Shown: piece after piece, positions 1 through 13,500 of the stretch | Layout of the letters: each line of letters starts with the position of its first letter | How positions within the stretch are numbered: position 1 is the stretch's first letter | Assembly (NCBI GenBank): GCA_051362555.1 | Contig: CM120649.1 | Span: forward strand, 11,222,001 to 11,286,000 | Direction: 5' to 3' | DNA length: 64,000 nt | From: Lingula anatina | Taxonomy: Eukaryota; Animalia; Brachiopoda | Notes under the pieces: model-generated | Told to the model about the DNA's origin: nothing | What the model saw: only the letters and a program-made list of their open reading frames with translations | The model's database searches: none | Program-made: the position numbers and the translations under genes

Positions 1-35
1 TTTCTTTTCCTTTTTTCTTTTCTTTCTTTCCTCTT

Positions 36-66
<31 letters not shown>

Positions 67-590
67 AAGACACCCCTTTATTTGTATTCTGGATTGGTAA
101 AGGTACAAGTTGGACCAGTTTCCAGGCTAAAATTTGATTGTGAAACAAGCTCTGCTAGCTTACAAAGCTTTATTATTTCCTGTACCCTTTACCCTTCCAC
201 TTGTTCTCATTTTAACTCTTATTTTTTATTTGTCATTTTATAATTATTTTAAAATGGATCATTTTATTTTCACATCAGACATTCATCTTTGAATAGTTTA
301 TGTATCAATTTTAAGAGCTCAGACAGAAACCAATTTCTGATGTATTTTTTATGGTGTAATTCTTTGATTTTTTAAATGGGAAAATGTAATAATCCTGACA
401 GAAAATCCATTTTGATCAATTATATCGAAATACAACATTGTCCAGTGACCTCACATCAAATAGATGAAGTAAAAATCCAAGTTTCTTGGATGTGTTAAAC
501 CTAGGGTACATTTACCAAGCAGTGTTTGTACAGTGCAAGTATACGGCCCATAAATATAAGCTTCATAAATTAGTGTGATTATTATCACAG

Positions 591-3500
591 GTCAGATAAA
601 ATCCAAGATCAGCGAGTAGCTTACAGCAATGACAATGGCATGAGTTGGGTCAACTATGAAAATAACCCAGTTTTAGACCGCCACAGTGAGAATTTTAGGG
701 ATCCAAAGGCAAGTATGTGTACATACATAGGTATAGGTGTGTGTGTGTGTGTGTGTGTGTAGAGGATGTGCATTTTCTGCACATGCATTCATGGGTGTGT
801 AAATGTGCAAGTATACATTTGTGTGTTTATGTGTGTAAAGTTGTTATCTAGTTTGCATTTTCTCAAAAGATTGATTACCATTCATCATATATCTTGATAT
901 ATGATGAATGGTAATCATATATCTTGATATATAAAATGCACATGCAATTAGTTTAACATGATATCTTTGTATGCAGGGCCTTTCTCACGAAAATGTGAAT
1001 TTCATTTGCTAAGCTTAGAAAGCTAAAATCAAAGAGGCAACTATGCAAAGTCAGCTTTGCAGTATTGGTCTGAAGGTTTACAAAAATGATTGACCAGCAG
1101 TAAATGAATTGGACATTCATCAACAGACTTTTATCACCTTTGACAATAAAAAAATAAAAAAATAAAAAAATAAAAATCTTAGTCAAGGCAATCAAAATTT
1201 GCTCAAGGGGCTTTGTTAAGAGGCCAACAAAGAAAAAGGTCATTTGCCTTTTTGATTCTTTATGAAAGTGCAACTTAGTTGACTACTTCTTACCAGACTA
1301 CAATTATAGCTAAAAAACTGACTTAAGAACTTTTGTTAAACAGGGTGCTGGTATAAACGTGCTAATAATCGAACAAAACTAATACCTCTTTTTTTTTCCT
1401 TCACCAGGTGTTTTGGCACCCTCCCACTAAATCATGGTGCATGTTAGCTGTTCTGGCCCAGAAACACACCATCCTTTTTTACACCTCAGTAAACCTGATA
1501 GATTGGACCCTGACGTCAGAGTTCATCCCATCTCCCAGCACTGGCGTCAGCATTGAGGGAAACTGGGAATGTCCTGATGTGTTCCCGCTGAAGGTGATAG
1601 GGGCAGGTAAGGAGGTATTTAGAACAGTTATTATGATGAGGTTGGGGGGGGGGGGGGGGGAGAGGGGAGGTGCACAGTGGGAAAGGGCCCCTCCCTCAGC
1701 TCTGGGGTATCCACCCTCCTACTCTCCCTCTTCTCACATCTAAAAATGCACCAAATGAAGCAAAACAAGACTTTTTTAGATTAAAATCTATTTAGCGATT
1801 TTAGTTGTATGCAATTTGAAATAATTTTAAAGCATGGTTTGGATCAAATAATACCTCAAATGATTAATTTTTTTCCTTCTATTATAAATACAGGTATATT
1901 AATATATATATAATTTTATTTAACAATCATGTTATTATACTGTTGTTAACTTTTTTGTTGAATGTATTTTTCCTAATGTTTTTTCTGCTTTACTTAGTTT
2001 ATCACAATTGGTCAGTTTCCATATTTTTGAATTTTTAGAACATTCTACAAAGAAATGGAATATATCATCCACAGAAGGAAAATATTTACAGACATGCTTA
2101 GAAATCATTACAATACATTTATTAAGATATTTCCCTGCTGTCATCACACATTGATTACAAGTCAAAAATATTATATTACAGCATTTTCAAAATGAGACTT
2201 AACTAAGTAAATTTTACTAACTCATGTCCTTCATATTATTATAAAAAATGATCTACTCTTTAATATTTGTCTGTCTTCCTACCCCCCTCCCCTTAAAAGA
2301 AAACAAAAAATAAATAAATAAATAAATAAATTAATTAATTAATTAATTAAAATACGTAATAAAAATCCAGGATCTGCCTTTGTATGATCTCTGCTTACAT
2401 CACTTGAGTCTGTTTGTTAGTAGAAATGGTGTGTCAAAAAGTTCTTTACAAATTTTGATGAAATATTTAGGATAGATAATTTCAGTGGAACAGTATTGCA
2501 TTGTATTGCATTGTATTGCATTGTATTGTATTGATAGCCAATCAAATAAAGTGGATTCTTAAGGTGGACACCAGTGGTAACCGCACAGAAATGTCCAGAA
2601 CTGGAGCCCAGTACTTCATAGGTAAGTGTTAATATACCATAAGATGACAATTTCCTGTCCAATCGTTTTCTATTTATCCTATGCTATCCTATCCTATACT
2701 GTCTTACCATAATCCTATGCTATCATATCCTATGCTATCCCTTAGTTTGGTCAACCATGGGGATGCCACTTGAGAATTTGGCGACCAGTTCTGTCTACTC
2801 CCATTAACACATTGAAAATGCAATAAATAAGTCAACACTAAAAGTTGATAGTACATTTTGTATCATCGACCGTTTTCACATTGTGAAGTTCATTTTTCTG
2901 TTTCTAACCATTAACATATAATTATGATAACTGGGGAAGGGGGAGGTCTCTGTTTAGATAACTCCCTTGGGGACCATTCCCATAGCATACTAGCAGGATT
3001 GTTCTATTTCAAAGGGGTTTCTTGCTAAATTGCATTTAGTTTAAGCGTGCACAAAAGTTAATTACCACCAAGCAGCTTAAGTGGGCGTGACAGACATTTA
3101 AGCCACTTAAACTGAATGCAATTTAGCAAGAACCCCCTTGGAGTAAGATCGATCCTACAAGTACAATAGGTTGACGGCAAACCACTCTTACATAATAGCC
3201 TGACCATTAAGGTTCAAATCTCTCAAACTGGTGTGAAACAGAAAGCCATAGACGAGGATATGGAAATGGCCCAAACATGAGCCCTGTATATTTTGTCCTA
3301 GGTGAATTTAATGGTACCCACTTTGTGGCAGCAGGAAAGTCTCAGTGGCTGGACTCTGGGATGGATTTCTATGCGTCCAATACCTGGAACAACAGGTACA
3401 GCCATGATGGAAGGATGATTATAATTGGCTGGGCTTGGTAAGTGCTTTGTCATCATGAAAGATACATTGATTGGTTTCTACAGTAGGGCTGTTTTGGTGC

Positions 3501-4259
3501 ATATGTATATTTGTGTGTGTTTGTGTCTGTGTAGTTTTTTAGTGTGTATGTGTGTGAGTGTCAGTCTGTAGGGTGTGTGTGTGTTTGTGTCTGTTTATCT
3601 GTTTTTAATTATGTTTGCTATATATATATATATATATAGTGTTTGTATATCTGTGTGTGTGCATTTGCAGATGTTTACAAGTGAGACAGTCTCATCCTGG
3701 GTGTGCATGTGTGTGTGTGTGTGTGCAACACGCATGTGCAATAAGGTATTTCTTTTGCTTTTTTCGTATTTTGTGTAGCAGTAATAGAATAACCATCATG
3801 ATTTGATTAAAAAATTTATTTTCATTTTTTCTACTAGCAATTGGTATTACTCAGAGAACATCCCCACCTCTCCTTTCCGAGGCATGATGAGTATTCCGCG
3901 GGTCTTGTCTCTGCTGCCGTATGGGGATGGACTGCACCTGGCACAACAGCCAATACAGGAGCTGCAATCTCTGCGCGGTGACCCAATCACGTTTGCTCCT
4001 AACCCAGTTGTCACAGTAAGTGGGGGACTGATGTTATCTCAAACAAAAACAGATATGTAGTTTGAATTGTTTGCTGTGTCTAATGTGATAATGTGCTACT
4101 TTTTCACTGTGGAGGTGGGAGAAATCTCACTACTGTTCAGTCTCTTTAATTAAGTTTTTAGCGATAAGAACCACTGAGTGGGACAACATTTTTTTTATGT
4201 ACAGACACAGATGTGTCTGTACATATAGCCATCATCTGCGTCTGTCGTCGCCGTCGCCG

Positions 4260-4290
<31 letters not shown>

Positions 4291-7200
4291 GCACTTTTAC
4301 CGATAACACGATAAGTGGAAAACCATTTTACCTTTTGACTTGAAACTTGCAGAACTGATGAATATTCATAATACGCAGGTCAAGTTCGAAAATCAGCATG
4401 ATCGGGTCACTTTTAGGGAATTTATGCTGTTTTTTCACTTTTTTCAGCATATATGCAGCACCGATAACACGATAAGTGAAAAACCATTTTACCTTTTGAC
4501 TTGAAACTTACAGAACTGATGAATATTCATAATACGCAAGTCGAGTTCGAAAATCAGCATGATCGGGTCATTTTTAGGGAAGTTATGCTGTTTTTTTTCA
4601 CTTTTTTCAGCATAAATGCAGCACCGATAACACGATAAGTGAAAAACCGTTTTACCTTTTGGCTTGAAACTTACAGAACTGATGAATATTCATAATACAC
4701 AAGTCGAGTTCGAAAATCGGCATGATCGGGCCATGTTTAGGGGAGTTATGCGGTTTCTTTCACTTTTTTCAGCATAAATGCAGCACCGATAACACGATAA
4801 GTGAAAAACCGTTTTACCTTTTGGCTTGAAACTTACAGAACTGATGAATATTCATAATACACAAGTCGAGTTCGAAAATCAGCATGATCGGGCCATTTTT
4901 AGGGGAGTTATGCGGTTTTTTCATTTTTTTCAGCATAAATGCAACACCGATAACACGATAAGTGAAAAACCGTTTTACCTTTTGGCTTGAAACTTACAGA
5001 ACTGATGAATATTCTTAATACGCAGGTCAAGTTCGAAAATCAGCATGATCGGGCCATATTTGTGGAAGTTATGCTGCTTTTTCACTATTTCAGCATATGT
5101 GCAACACCGATAACACATTTCAAGGAAAATTAATTGGCCAATCGTCTTGAAATTCACAGGGTGATCAAATATTCTAAAATACAGATGAGGTTCGAAAATA
5201 AGCTTGATCGGTTCAGTTTTGGTGAAATTGTGCCTTTTTTTGTATATGAGTCTTTTTTCCTCGGATTTAATTCTTAGGCATGTTAACAATCTCATTTGTG
5301 AACTAATTAGTAATGTAAAGGTGTTCTTTTGACATTTTCTGCATCTTAACAATATTGTTAGTTGATTATATAAAAATGATGGTAAACCTGTTATTGTGCA
5401 TTGTGTAATAAAGTGCCAAAAATGGAAATAAACTCATATCTTTACAGTTTGTCAGATTCAATCATTCACCATGTTCAGAATCTCAGAATGGAACAAATTG
5501 GACATTTAAAATTGTTCTATTGATATTTTTCCTATGTCAACAACTTTCTTAGTTGATCATTTAAAAACGACAGTAAATTGATTATTTTGATATATGTAAA
5601 AAAAAGTGTTGAAAGTGGAAAGAAATTCATTTCAGTACAGTTATCTCTTGTGTACATTTTGGCATTTTGAAGTTGTGACTCTGAACTTCCATGGCCCTGA
5701 AGACCTTTCCATATCAAATTTTCTGAATATCCATGATATTTTTATTTTATTATTAAAAATTGATGGTCATTATGCTGTTATGCATTATGTAATATGGTAT
5801 CAAAATTTAAGACAACCCCATTTTAGACAATGCCTCCATAGTGACCATTAAAGGAAAACCAAGTCACTTACTCTTCTCAAACTTATAGAAATGTAGTATA
5901 GCACTAAATTATAGCTTCAGTTGGAAAAGCTGTTATATCGGTTAACTTTCTTGGAAATTATATAGTTTTTTGTTACAATTAAAATTTTCACATATTAACA
6001 TTTTCAAGGTGTGACTTAGTCTTTGAACTTCCATTGGCTTGAATACCATTGCTAGTCACATCTTTTGAATAGCAATGATACATTTACTTTATTATTAAAA
6101 ATTGATGGCCATTGTGCTGTTAAGCATTATGTTAAATTGCATAAAAGATGAAAAAAAACCTTTTTTGGACATCGCTGCTAGGATGACCATTAAGGAAAAA
6201 CCATTTTACTTATGATATTCTAACTTACTGAAAAGTTTCATAGGACTGAAGTGTAGCTTGTGTTGGAAATCAGTGTGATTGTTTTCTGTATTGTAAGCAT
6301 TGCAGCTGTATGGAGTGCTATATGGGGCTACTGTTTATGGATGGTGGTAATTGTCCCTTGGGATAATCACTAGCTAAATTCAGAGCTATAAAATTACTTG
6401 CCTAATTGATTTTCAAGTGCCCATTAAATAAGATTACATAAAACACACGTTGAGATTTCCCATTCAAGTCCTATAGGTTAAGCTCTCTTAACTGTGTCAC
6501 ATAATTAGGAATTGGTGATAATTATGCAGGTAAATCTTGTTTAATATTGCAAATAAGTTTACAAAAGAAAAAAAAAATTGTAATGCCAACATTAATGCTA
6601 CAGATGAATAACAGTGCCTTATTATCCTCAAACACATTGGGGTTATTCATATCATGTTAATACAGCAAGATTAAAAGTTTGAATAGCAGCTTTATTGGAA
6701 TTTTTTTTTTTTTTTTGTTTTCTTTTTAATTTTTTTCTAAACACTGGCATTTTCAACTCCCATCCACCTGAAGCTCTTCAGATTTTCTGTATTTCCACAT
6801 AAGCAGTTGCATAGGTTTTTATGTCTTTAAACATTATGTAATATTATTTTATGCACTGTCAACATTTTTCAAATATGGGGATTTTCATTATGTGAATTTG
6901 AACTCTCATAGTCCAGAAACTGTTATCTTATTGCAGGGGTAGATTGAGGCCGCCTTCTGGGTCTTTCAGATGACGGTCAGATTTTAAAGTTTACATTGAC
7001 TGGTATCAATTTTTTTGTGTTGGAAGACCATCAAAAGTGTAGGATGGATCAACAAAGATACTTTGGAATACTGTCAGAAAATATCTCTGGATCTGCTCCT
7101 GTTATTGACCATGTTATCTGTTGTGCATGATTAAAAATCAGTGTTAACTGACTGTGTTATTATAAGCATTATTTATTATTGCATCAAAATTGACAAAATG

Positions 7201-8175
7201 ACCTATTTTGCATCTTTATTTTCTGTTTTTTTGTCTGTACATTTGACAGCTTTGCTGCCTTGTTAATAAATTTATGTGACAACATCATTATCAAGCTGGT
7301 TGTTGTTTGTTGATGCCCTGTAAAAGTTTCTCTCTCATGGTTGTCCTTGAAAATATTTTGTTCCAAAGTAAGTTATGATTATCACTAAAATATTACTAAA
7401 TAGATGCCCTTGGAATCAAGAACAGTCCAATAGATAATGCCCACTCTTTGTTATAAACAGCTGAAAGTTTAATATGACAGTCTTCATGCTAGATTTACCA
7501 GAAAGGTGTGATTGATACTCACATAATATGCTACCAAAATACTGTGTGTCAAAAACATTATTGCCATTACAGCCATTGGGTAAATCCCATTAAAAAGTAA
7601 TCAGTAAAACAATCTAAGTTAGTTTATGTTTTTGTCATTTTTGTCAAATTTTACTAGACAAATTTATTTATTAGCCATTTTTTAAACTTTTTTTGTCCTC
7701 CTTCCCCTTCTTTCAGGCAGATGGCTATGCAGTGCAATTCAACACAAATCACGTAAGGTCTCTTGAAATTTTCCTCAATGTGACGGTGCTCTCCAGAGAC
7801 AAGCTGAAGGAGTTTGGTTTAAAGCTCATGAAAGGTCCTAGCCAGGAACTTGTGATAGGATGGAGATCTGATGACCAATCTTTCTTCATAAACCGCACAG
7901 CATCAGGGATCGTGGACATGGCGCCTCATTTTCCTGTGGTGAACTGTACACAGGTTCCGCTGAATCAAGATGGCCGAATGTGGGCACAAATTTTTCTCGA
8001 CTGGTGTTCCGTGGAGGTTTTCGTTAACGGAGGCGTTGTGACCTTCACCGACCTTTTCTTCCCAGATACCAACCAGGACATAATGGAATTTTATTGGACA
8101 GGTGCCAAGGACGCCATCACATATGACTTGGGTGGTTACGAGATGACTTCCATTTGGAAAAAAGCAAAGAACTGA
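591..8175 (+). CDS. Glycoside hydrolase family 32 (levanase/exo-inulinase/beta-fructofuranosidase-like), spliced, 5'-truncated by the window
   Basis: Exons 591-708, 1408-1606, 2538-2621, 3302-3437, 3838-4015 and 7717-8175 join in frame: ..QRVAYSNDNGMSWVNYENNPVL..FRDPK|VFWH..GNWECPDVFPL..KWILKV..AQYFIG|EFNGTHF..WLDSGMDFYA..IIGWACNWYYSENIPTSPFRGMMSIPR..IFLDWCSVEVFVNGG..FTDLFFP..stop. RDP, WECPD and SVEVF are hallmark GH32 motifs. The NDPNG nucleophile exon was not found and presumably lies upstream. Confidence 0.93.
872..917. repeat. Perfect 22-bp inverted repeat with a 2-nt loop in a GH32 intron
   Basis: TGATTACCATTCATCATATATC-TT-GATATATGATGAATGGTAATCA, followed immediately by a direct re-copy of CATATATCTTGATATAT. 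Confidence 0.85.
2675..2800 (-). mobile_element. Possible degenerate 3' tail of an RTE-type LINE/SINE
   Basis: The minus strand reads GTGGCATCCCCATGGTTGACCAAACTAAGGG followed by a (GATAG/CATAG)n tail. This resembles RTE 3' ends by visual recall only. Confidence 0.3.
2970..3170. mobile_element. Degenerate copy of the GATCGATC Tourist-like MITE family
   Basis: Starts GACCATTCCCATAG and contains TAATTA, TTAAGC and GATCGATC motifs shared with the copies at 9621, 14752, 21897, 22126 and 24891. Boundaries are approximate. Confidence 0.55.
4189..7264 (+). mobile_element. Helentron-associated interspersed element (HINE/DINE-1-like), non-autonomous, in the last GH32 intron
   Basis: T-run, then a 5' hairpin ATGTACAGACAC-agat-GTGTCTGTACAT (4197-4224), a (GTCGCC)n microsatellite and a 162-bp tandem array. 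The 3' end has the subTIR GTCTGTACAT (7233-7242), a short hairpin GACAGC-ttt-GCTGCC and TTGTT. Confidence 0.72.
4300..5240. repeat. About 162-bp tandem repeat, 5 copies plus 1 diverged copy
   Basis: CCGATAACAC recurs at 4300, 4461, 4624, 4786, 4947 and 5107. Confidence 0.95.
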
Positions 8176-8916
8176 GAAGTGTAAAAATTTTCTTCCTACC
8201 ATTAGATTCAGCCAATTTGGTCATAGACTTGCATCAGTCGTCAGTGAGTAGCAATTCACGTCAGTCTCATGAAAGTCTAAGACCAGGTTAGCCACAAGGA
8301 AACAATAGGAAGAATCTTTTATGATCCAACTAACTAGCCAGTGAACTTTTGCTCATTTATGAAGTATTCTCATATTGGATGGATGTGCATATTATATTTT
8401 CATCTTTTTAGGGTAAATATAAGTGTGGTAAAAGGGTAAGGAGATTGAAAGAGATTTTATTTTGAAAAAAAAAGTGCTTCAGGATGAAATCTTTTTGGAA
8501 AAATTAAGAGTATAAATTTAAAAATAATTGAGTGGTAGCAGGGTTTTATCCTGATATTTTCCTGCTGTTCAGTTGCAATTTTTGACTTTGCTGTGACATA
8601 ACTACTATATGTACAGATAAGATTGGGAAATGGCAATAAGAGTATTAGATTATGTTTTTTGATTGCTACATCTTTTTGTTTTACTATGATATCTATCAGT
8701 TTGTTGACAAGCAGAAAAAATTGTTTGGGGATAAAGTGGTTTTTATGCAAGTTGGGTATTTTAGAGCAAGAACAGTATTTTATATAATGTTTTCTCAAGA
8801 AGTGAAATTGTAATAATTTATAATATTATATAATAATCCTTGATAGGAAAAAGGGAATAGAATATGGGTTATTGATGATTTTATGTTATCAGCTTGTATT
8901 TTTGAGTCATTTGACA

Positions 8917-8917
8917 T

Positions 8918-8956
<39 letters not shown>

Positions 8957-8986
8957 TTCATTTATTTATTTATTTATTTATTTATT
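8917..8986. repeat. (ATTT)n microsatellite
   Basis: Direct reading of the sequence. Confidence 0.95.
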
Positions 8987-9620
8987 AGAACAGTCAGTAC
9001 AGGAGCGTGTCAATGTATACATTCCTAAAACATTATCTTGCCATCATTCTTAAGTCATCAGATAACATTTATGGGGCTTTGCAAAGATGTAAGGTTATAA
9101 AATATTGTTACTCTGTCTTCCATTTTTCTTCTAAGCTTTTCACAGCTGGCAAATAATTTAGGGCTTCATTTGTTTGGAAGACATTAAGATTTTTTCATAG
9201 ATCTAAGCCACTGTGTAAAGATAATGGGCAAAACAATATTTTTGTGCAATACTTAGGTATATCACACACAGCTGATCATGAATATGTTTGTTTGTGGATT
9301 ATACAGATTTATATGTGTGTATTTGGCATTGAATAGAGATTTAGTTGACATGACTGTGCAGAGAAAGCACTTTTTATATAAATTATGAAAGAATAATTTA
9401 GGTATAGTTTGAGATGAGATGCTGGACAAAAGTGGTGTTCATACCAAGTCTCACTTCAACCAGTAATATGTATAATACAACAAACCTGTTCTCACCAAGT
9501 TTAATTTAAAACCAAAAACAGACAGATGTTAATTCTGATGCAAACATGCCCAAGCTGGACTGGAGAACTGTGATAAGATTTTTGCACATATCATGTTGCT
9601 CTGTTAGTATTTGTGTCTAA

Positions 9621-9874
9621 GAGACCATTCCCAGAGACTATCATGCTAACTTTGGATCGATCTGTCTCCAAGGGGGTTCTTACTATGCTATCAACTTAAG
9701 CGGCTTAGATATCCCGCACACCCGCTGAAGCTGTGAGAGGGTAATTAACTATCGTTTAGCAGCTTCTGTAGGTGTGCCAGACATCTAAGCCTCTTAAGCT
9801 GAAAGCATTTAGCGAGAAACCCCTTGGAGATGGATTGATCCTATTAGATCGATCTAGGTATGGGAACCCAGTCT
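9621..9874. mobile_element. GATCGATC Tourist-like (PIF/Harbinger-type) MITE
   Basis: Ends GAGACCATTCCCA...TGGGAACCCAGTC with subterminal GATCGATC at both ends and TAA-like flanks; same family as 21897-22338. Confidence 0.7.
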
Positions 9875-10590
9875 TAAATCGGGGCATAAGTATGATCATC
9901 CCCTGTGTTACAATGTATTCCATGCACACATTTGAGATAGAGAAAGTCAAGATACTGGTATGAAAATATGGTCTTTAGTGCACATATTATTTTAACTGCA
10001 CTGTGTGTGAAAGAAAAAATGCCATAATTATCAATAGACTCAACTTACTTATGTCTTGGGAGTGCAACCCCTTGTATTATAGGATAACCATTGTAACAGT
10101 AAGGGTACAGTGCTTTTCACTTGCACGATGGTAAAGGTTGTTTCATTTTTATTATAAATATATTTACACTGAATTTTATCTCGAGTATCAAAATCTCAAG
10201 GCGTCATCATTAGGTAGATAAATCATGCACAGTTGTGAAATTTTACTTGCCATACTGTTTTTATCTGACTTTCCTTGCTCTTAAAGAGAATAGCAATAAA
10301 TATATATATTTGCATTCACTGTTGTTTCTAAAATATTTGAAGAAAGAATATTTTGATGCCTTGAGTTGTGAGGGTTAAGATCTTTTCACGAAAAAATAAG
10401 ATCATTATTAGATAATTCAACTGGCGGACTTTCGTTGGACTTTGCCGTTTTCATTAGTCTTAACTCGGGTTCGCGTCACATGGATTGATTCCATATTAAA
10501 GAACGATAACTTCAGTAACTGGTTTAGATCGTTTCGGCTCATTCCGTTTCATCAATACGGAAATCGCCCCAAATTAGTCTAGTTCTTCCG

Positions 10591-13500
10591 TCATCCATTG
10601 AATACCATGTAATCGGGATCGTCGGAGTCACTGTCCACACTCCACTGTCTCCTGCTGCGTTCTGGTAAACAAAAAATTGCCGTGTATAAATTGATAATAG
10701 TTGAAGTGGTTATGAATATTAAATATTTAAAGTCACTTATTTTGCCTTTTGTTCAATTACTTATTTCAAATATTTATGACAAAAACAGCAAGTAAATATT
10801 TGATTAGTATGATTAATAACCATATGTGCAATATTACTTGCTACTTTCAAAGATTTGCTCCCCTTTTTTTTCTCGTCAGAAGAGCCTAGTCAATGAAACA
10901 ACGGATTAATTTTCCGTTTCATATTACTTCTGCCAGCGAACCAAGCTATATTTCCATCATCGCTACATGTAGTTTGTAGACTAGATATCTTTTAAAAGTC
11001 CTCAAATTGTGATTGAATTATTGGGATAGTCATTTATTCGGGAAGGAAAAAGAGACCACCGTTTTAACTGGATTCGAGTTTCCCTGTATTTTTCGAAGAA
11101 GCCATATTTCTTACTTTATTTCGTTATTATTTTTATTTTCTCTTTCAGTAATATCTAGTTGATTTTTAACTGAATAAAATCTATTCATCTCAAACCATCA
11201 GCGATCATGTTTTTAGTGTGAAAGCAATACCAGCCAAGATAAAGCAGTTAAAGCGACAAACTTCGTGCGCTTCCGTCACACAAGACGGAGGGCGGAATCA
11301 GCCGAGGTTCTCCGAACTTACCAATACTGTCCAGAATATTAGGATCACTGCACGACCTATAGAGAGGATGCTCCTTTGGGCTCAAGGGATGTTCAGATTT
11401 AGACGAAGGAATGTGAGCTGGGCTTACAGATATGCGACCATTTACTGAAAAAAATTCATGAATGTACCAAAAACGGTTCTTGAACGTTTCAAAAATACCA
11501 GTACATAGAAAGCAAGTGCCTGTCAATATGAATTTTTTATGACCGAAATAAATTAATACGGATGATGCTTCTGAATTAAGAATCTTCCAATAAAGGGAAA
11601 GAGACGCAGGAATGAACAGATATTATCGTAGAAAAAGCTTTAAAAGGATACAGTGCGAGTTAGACATATAGTAATAAATGAATGAAAATTTTCCTTGGAA
11701 TTCAAACTGTTTTCACCTTTAAATAAGGTATATCCATTCCAAAACTGTTGTGAAAAAACAATGCATAAAACTAAGTTTGGTGTTAAGGAAAAATGCTGAA
11801 ACTTCATACGTACATATCTAACGCACATTGCATGCCTTTAACCTTTCCGAACGCAAAAAATATACTGTTAGAAATACTTACTTTGACTTATAGAGAGATA
11901 ACTTGCTCCTGATCCTGAACTCTGACCCGTTCCCGTCTTGTTCTCAAAATCTGACGGTGATGGCATCTCCAGACTAACTGGGCGGGGCTCCGCAATCGAA
12001 CGTCTTCTCTGGATCACTTGGACTAAAATGGACAAATCGATATTCTTTTTAATTTATTAAAGTCCAAAGGTATAAATGTAAGTGTAATTTGTTAGTTATA
12101 ATCCCCTTCGTGCAGCGTCCAAAATACATTGATACTGTTCCCAGATACTTCTTATGTTGTCTGCATTGGAGCAAAAATATCTGAAAACACTTACTTTCGC
12201 ATATTGATAGTTTTCTCTGCAAGAGCAATTACCGTAAACATTCTTCATCTTCATTTTTAAACAACACAAATATTTCGAGAGTGAGTGAGAGAGAGAGAAT
12301 GAGAGAGAGACAGAGGCAGAGAGAGAGAGAGAGAGAGTGCATGTGTGTGTGAGAGAGATAACATTACCAGGTTTTATTTTCAGGTTCAATGTAAGTTTAT
12401 CGGGTCTAGGGGGAGGCTCTGGCGTTTGTTCACCTGGTATGGCATATTCACCTGAACCTGAGGATTCTAAACAAATCAAATAAAATATGTATATCAAATA
12501 GCCATTATAGGAGAAGACAGCGGGCACGTGCCGCGCCCTTGGCTTTAGAGGTACCTTCTCTCTAATTAATTAATACATAATTAAGGTGCTGTAAAAATAC
12601 ACAATTTTCAATAATAATAACAATATTTTTATTTTATCATCCTATCTATAGAGACCATTAAAAACCTCTTTCATCCCTAAGCCCTATATTACGCGGTGAA
12701 GTTGCCTTCGCACGCTATCCATTGCTTCATACTTGTGCCCCCTAAACCAAATGCTGGTGGTATTGATTATTTTACATTCAGTCTTTAATATACTGCCATT
12801 TTTGTTGACTATCTCTGGTAAATAAAGGAGTGTTAATTTTCGTGGTGATCGCCACTCGTCGCTAGGTGTCTGACAGCCAATGCATATTATACACTTACCT
12901 GACTGGCGGTATTTGTGGGTGATTATCATGTAAGCGACGCACACATATTGTTTAATATATAGGCCTAATATTACTGTTTTATAAAAAAAATATTACTGTT
13001 GGTTTCTTGCCACATTGGAGGATGCTACTGTATGAAATAGCATCAATCATGGGACAAGTCAAAATTGTATAAATATTACACAAACCGTGAGCTTCACTGA
13101 CGTTATTTAAGCCTCTCTTACAACCCGTCGTGCGTGCTTAGAGATCGTGCGTCCTCGGAGTTCTTGTCAGACGTAGCGTTGTCGCAGGATGAAAATTAAA
13201 TCGCAGCGGACGAAGTAATAAGTACTTTAGGAGTAGGTGTGTCGTGCTCTAAACGTGGGGCCCGCAAGTGGTCTGTACGCCCTTTTTTGGAAGTAGAAAG
13301 AAGTAAGGAGCACGTACGATCTGTACTTGTGTCGCACACAGTGAGTGAGATAATCAAACGTGTATTGCAAGTTAAGCGTACGTTTTCAGAAATCGTACTT
13401 ACGAAGTAAGAGAAACGTAAGAGAAACGTAATAAGCACGGAAGTGGAACGCACGGATAATATAATAAATAATAATATATAATAAATAATATAAAGGGAGC

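Noticed and set aside
4975-5352. 125-aa minus-strand ORF, and similar ORFs at 61767-61964, 62942-63139 and 63479-63721
   Set aside because: They lie in satellite arrays of non-autonomous elements and show no Rep/helicase or other motifs.
591-8175. Bacterial or fungal contamination as the source of the GH32 gene
   Set aside because: The gene has long spliceosomal introns containing the same MITE family found elsewhere in the window, and it is contiguous with CEP19, EMSY and class A GPCR genes.
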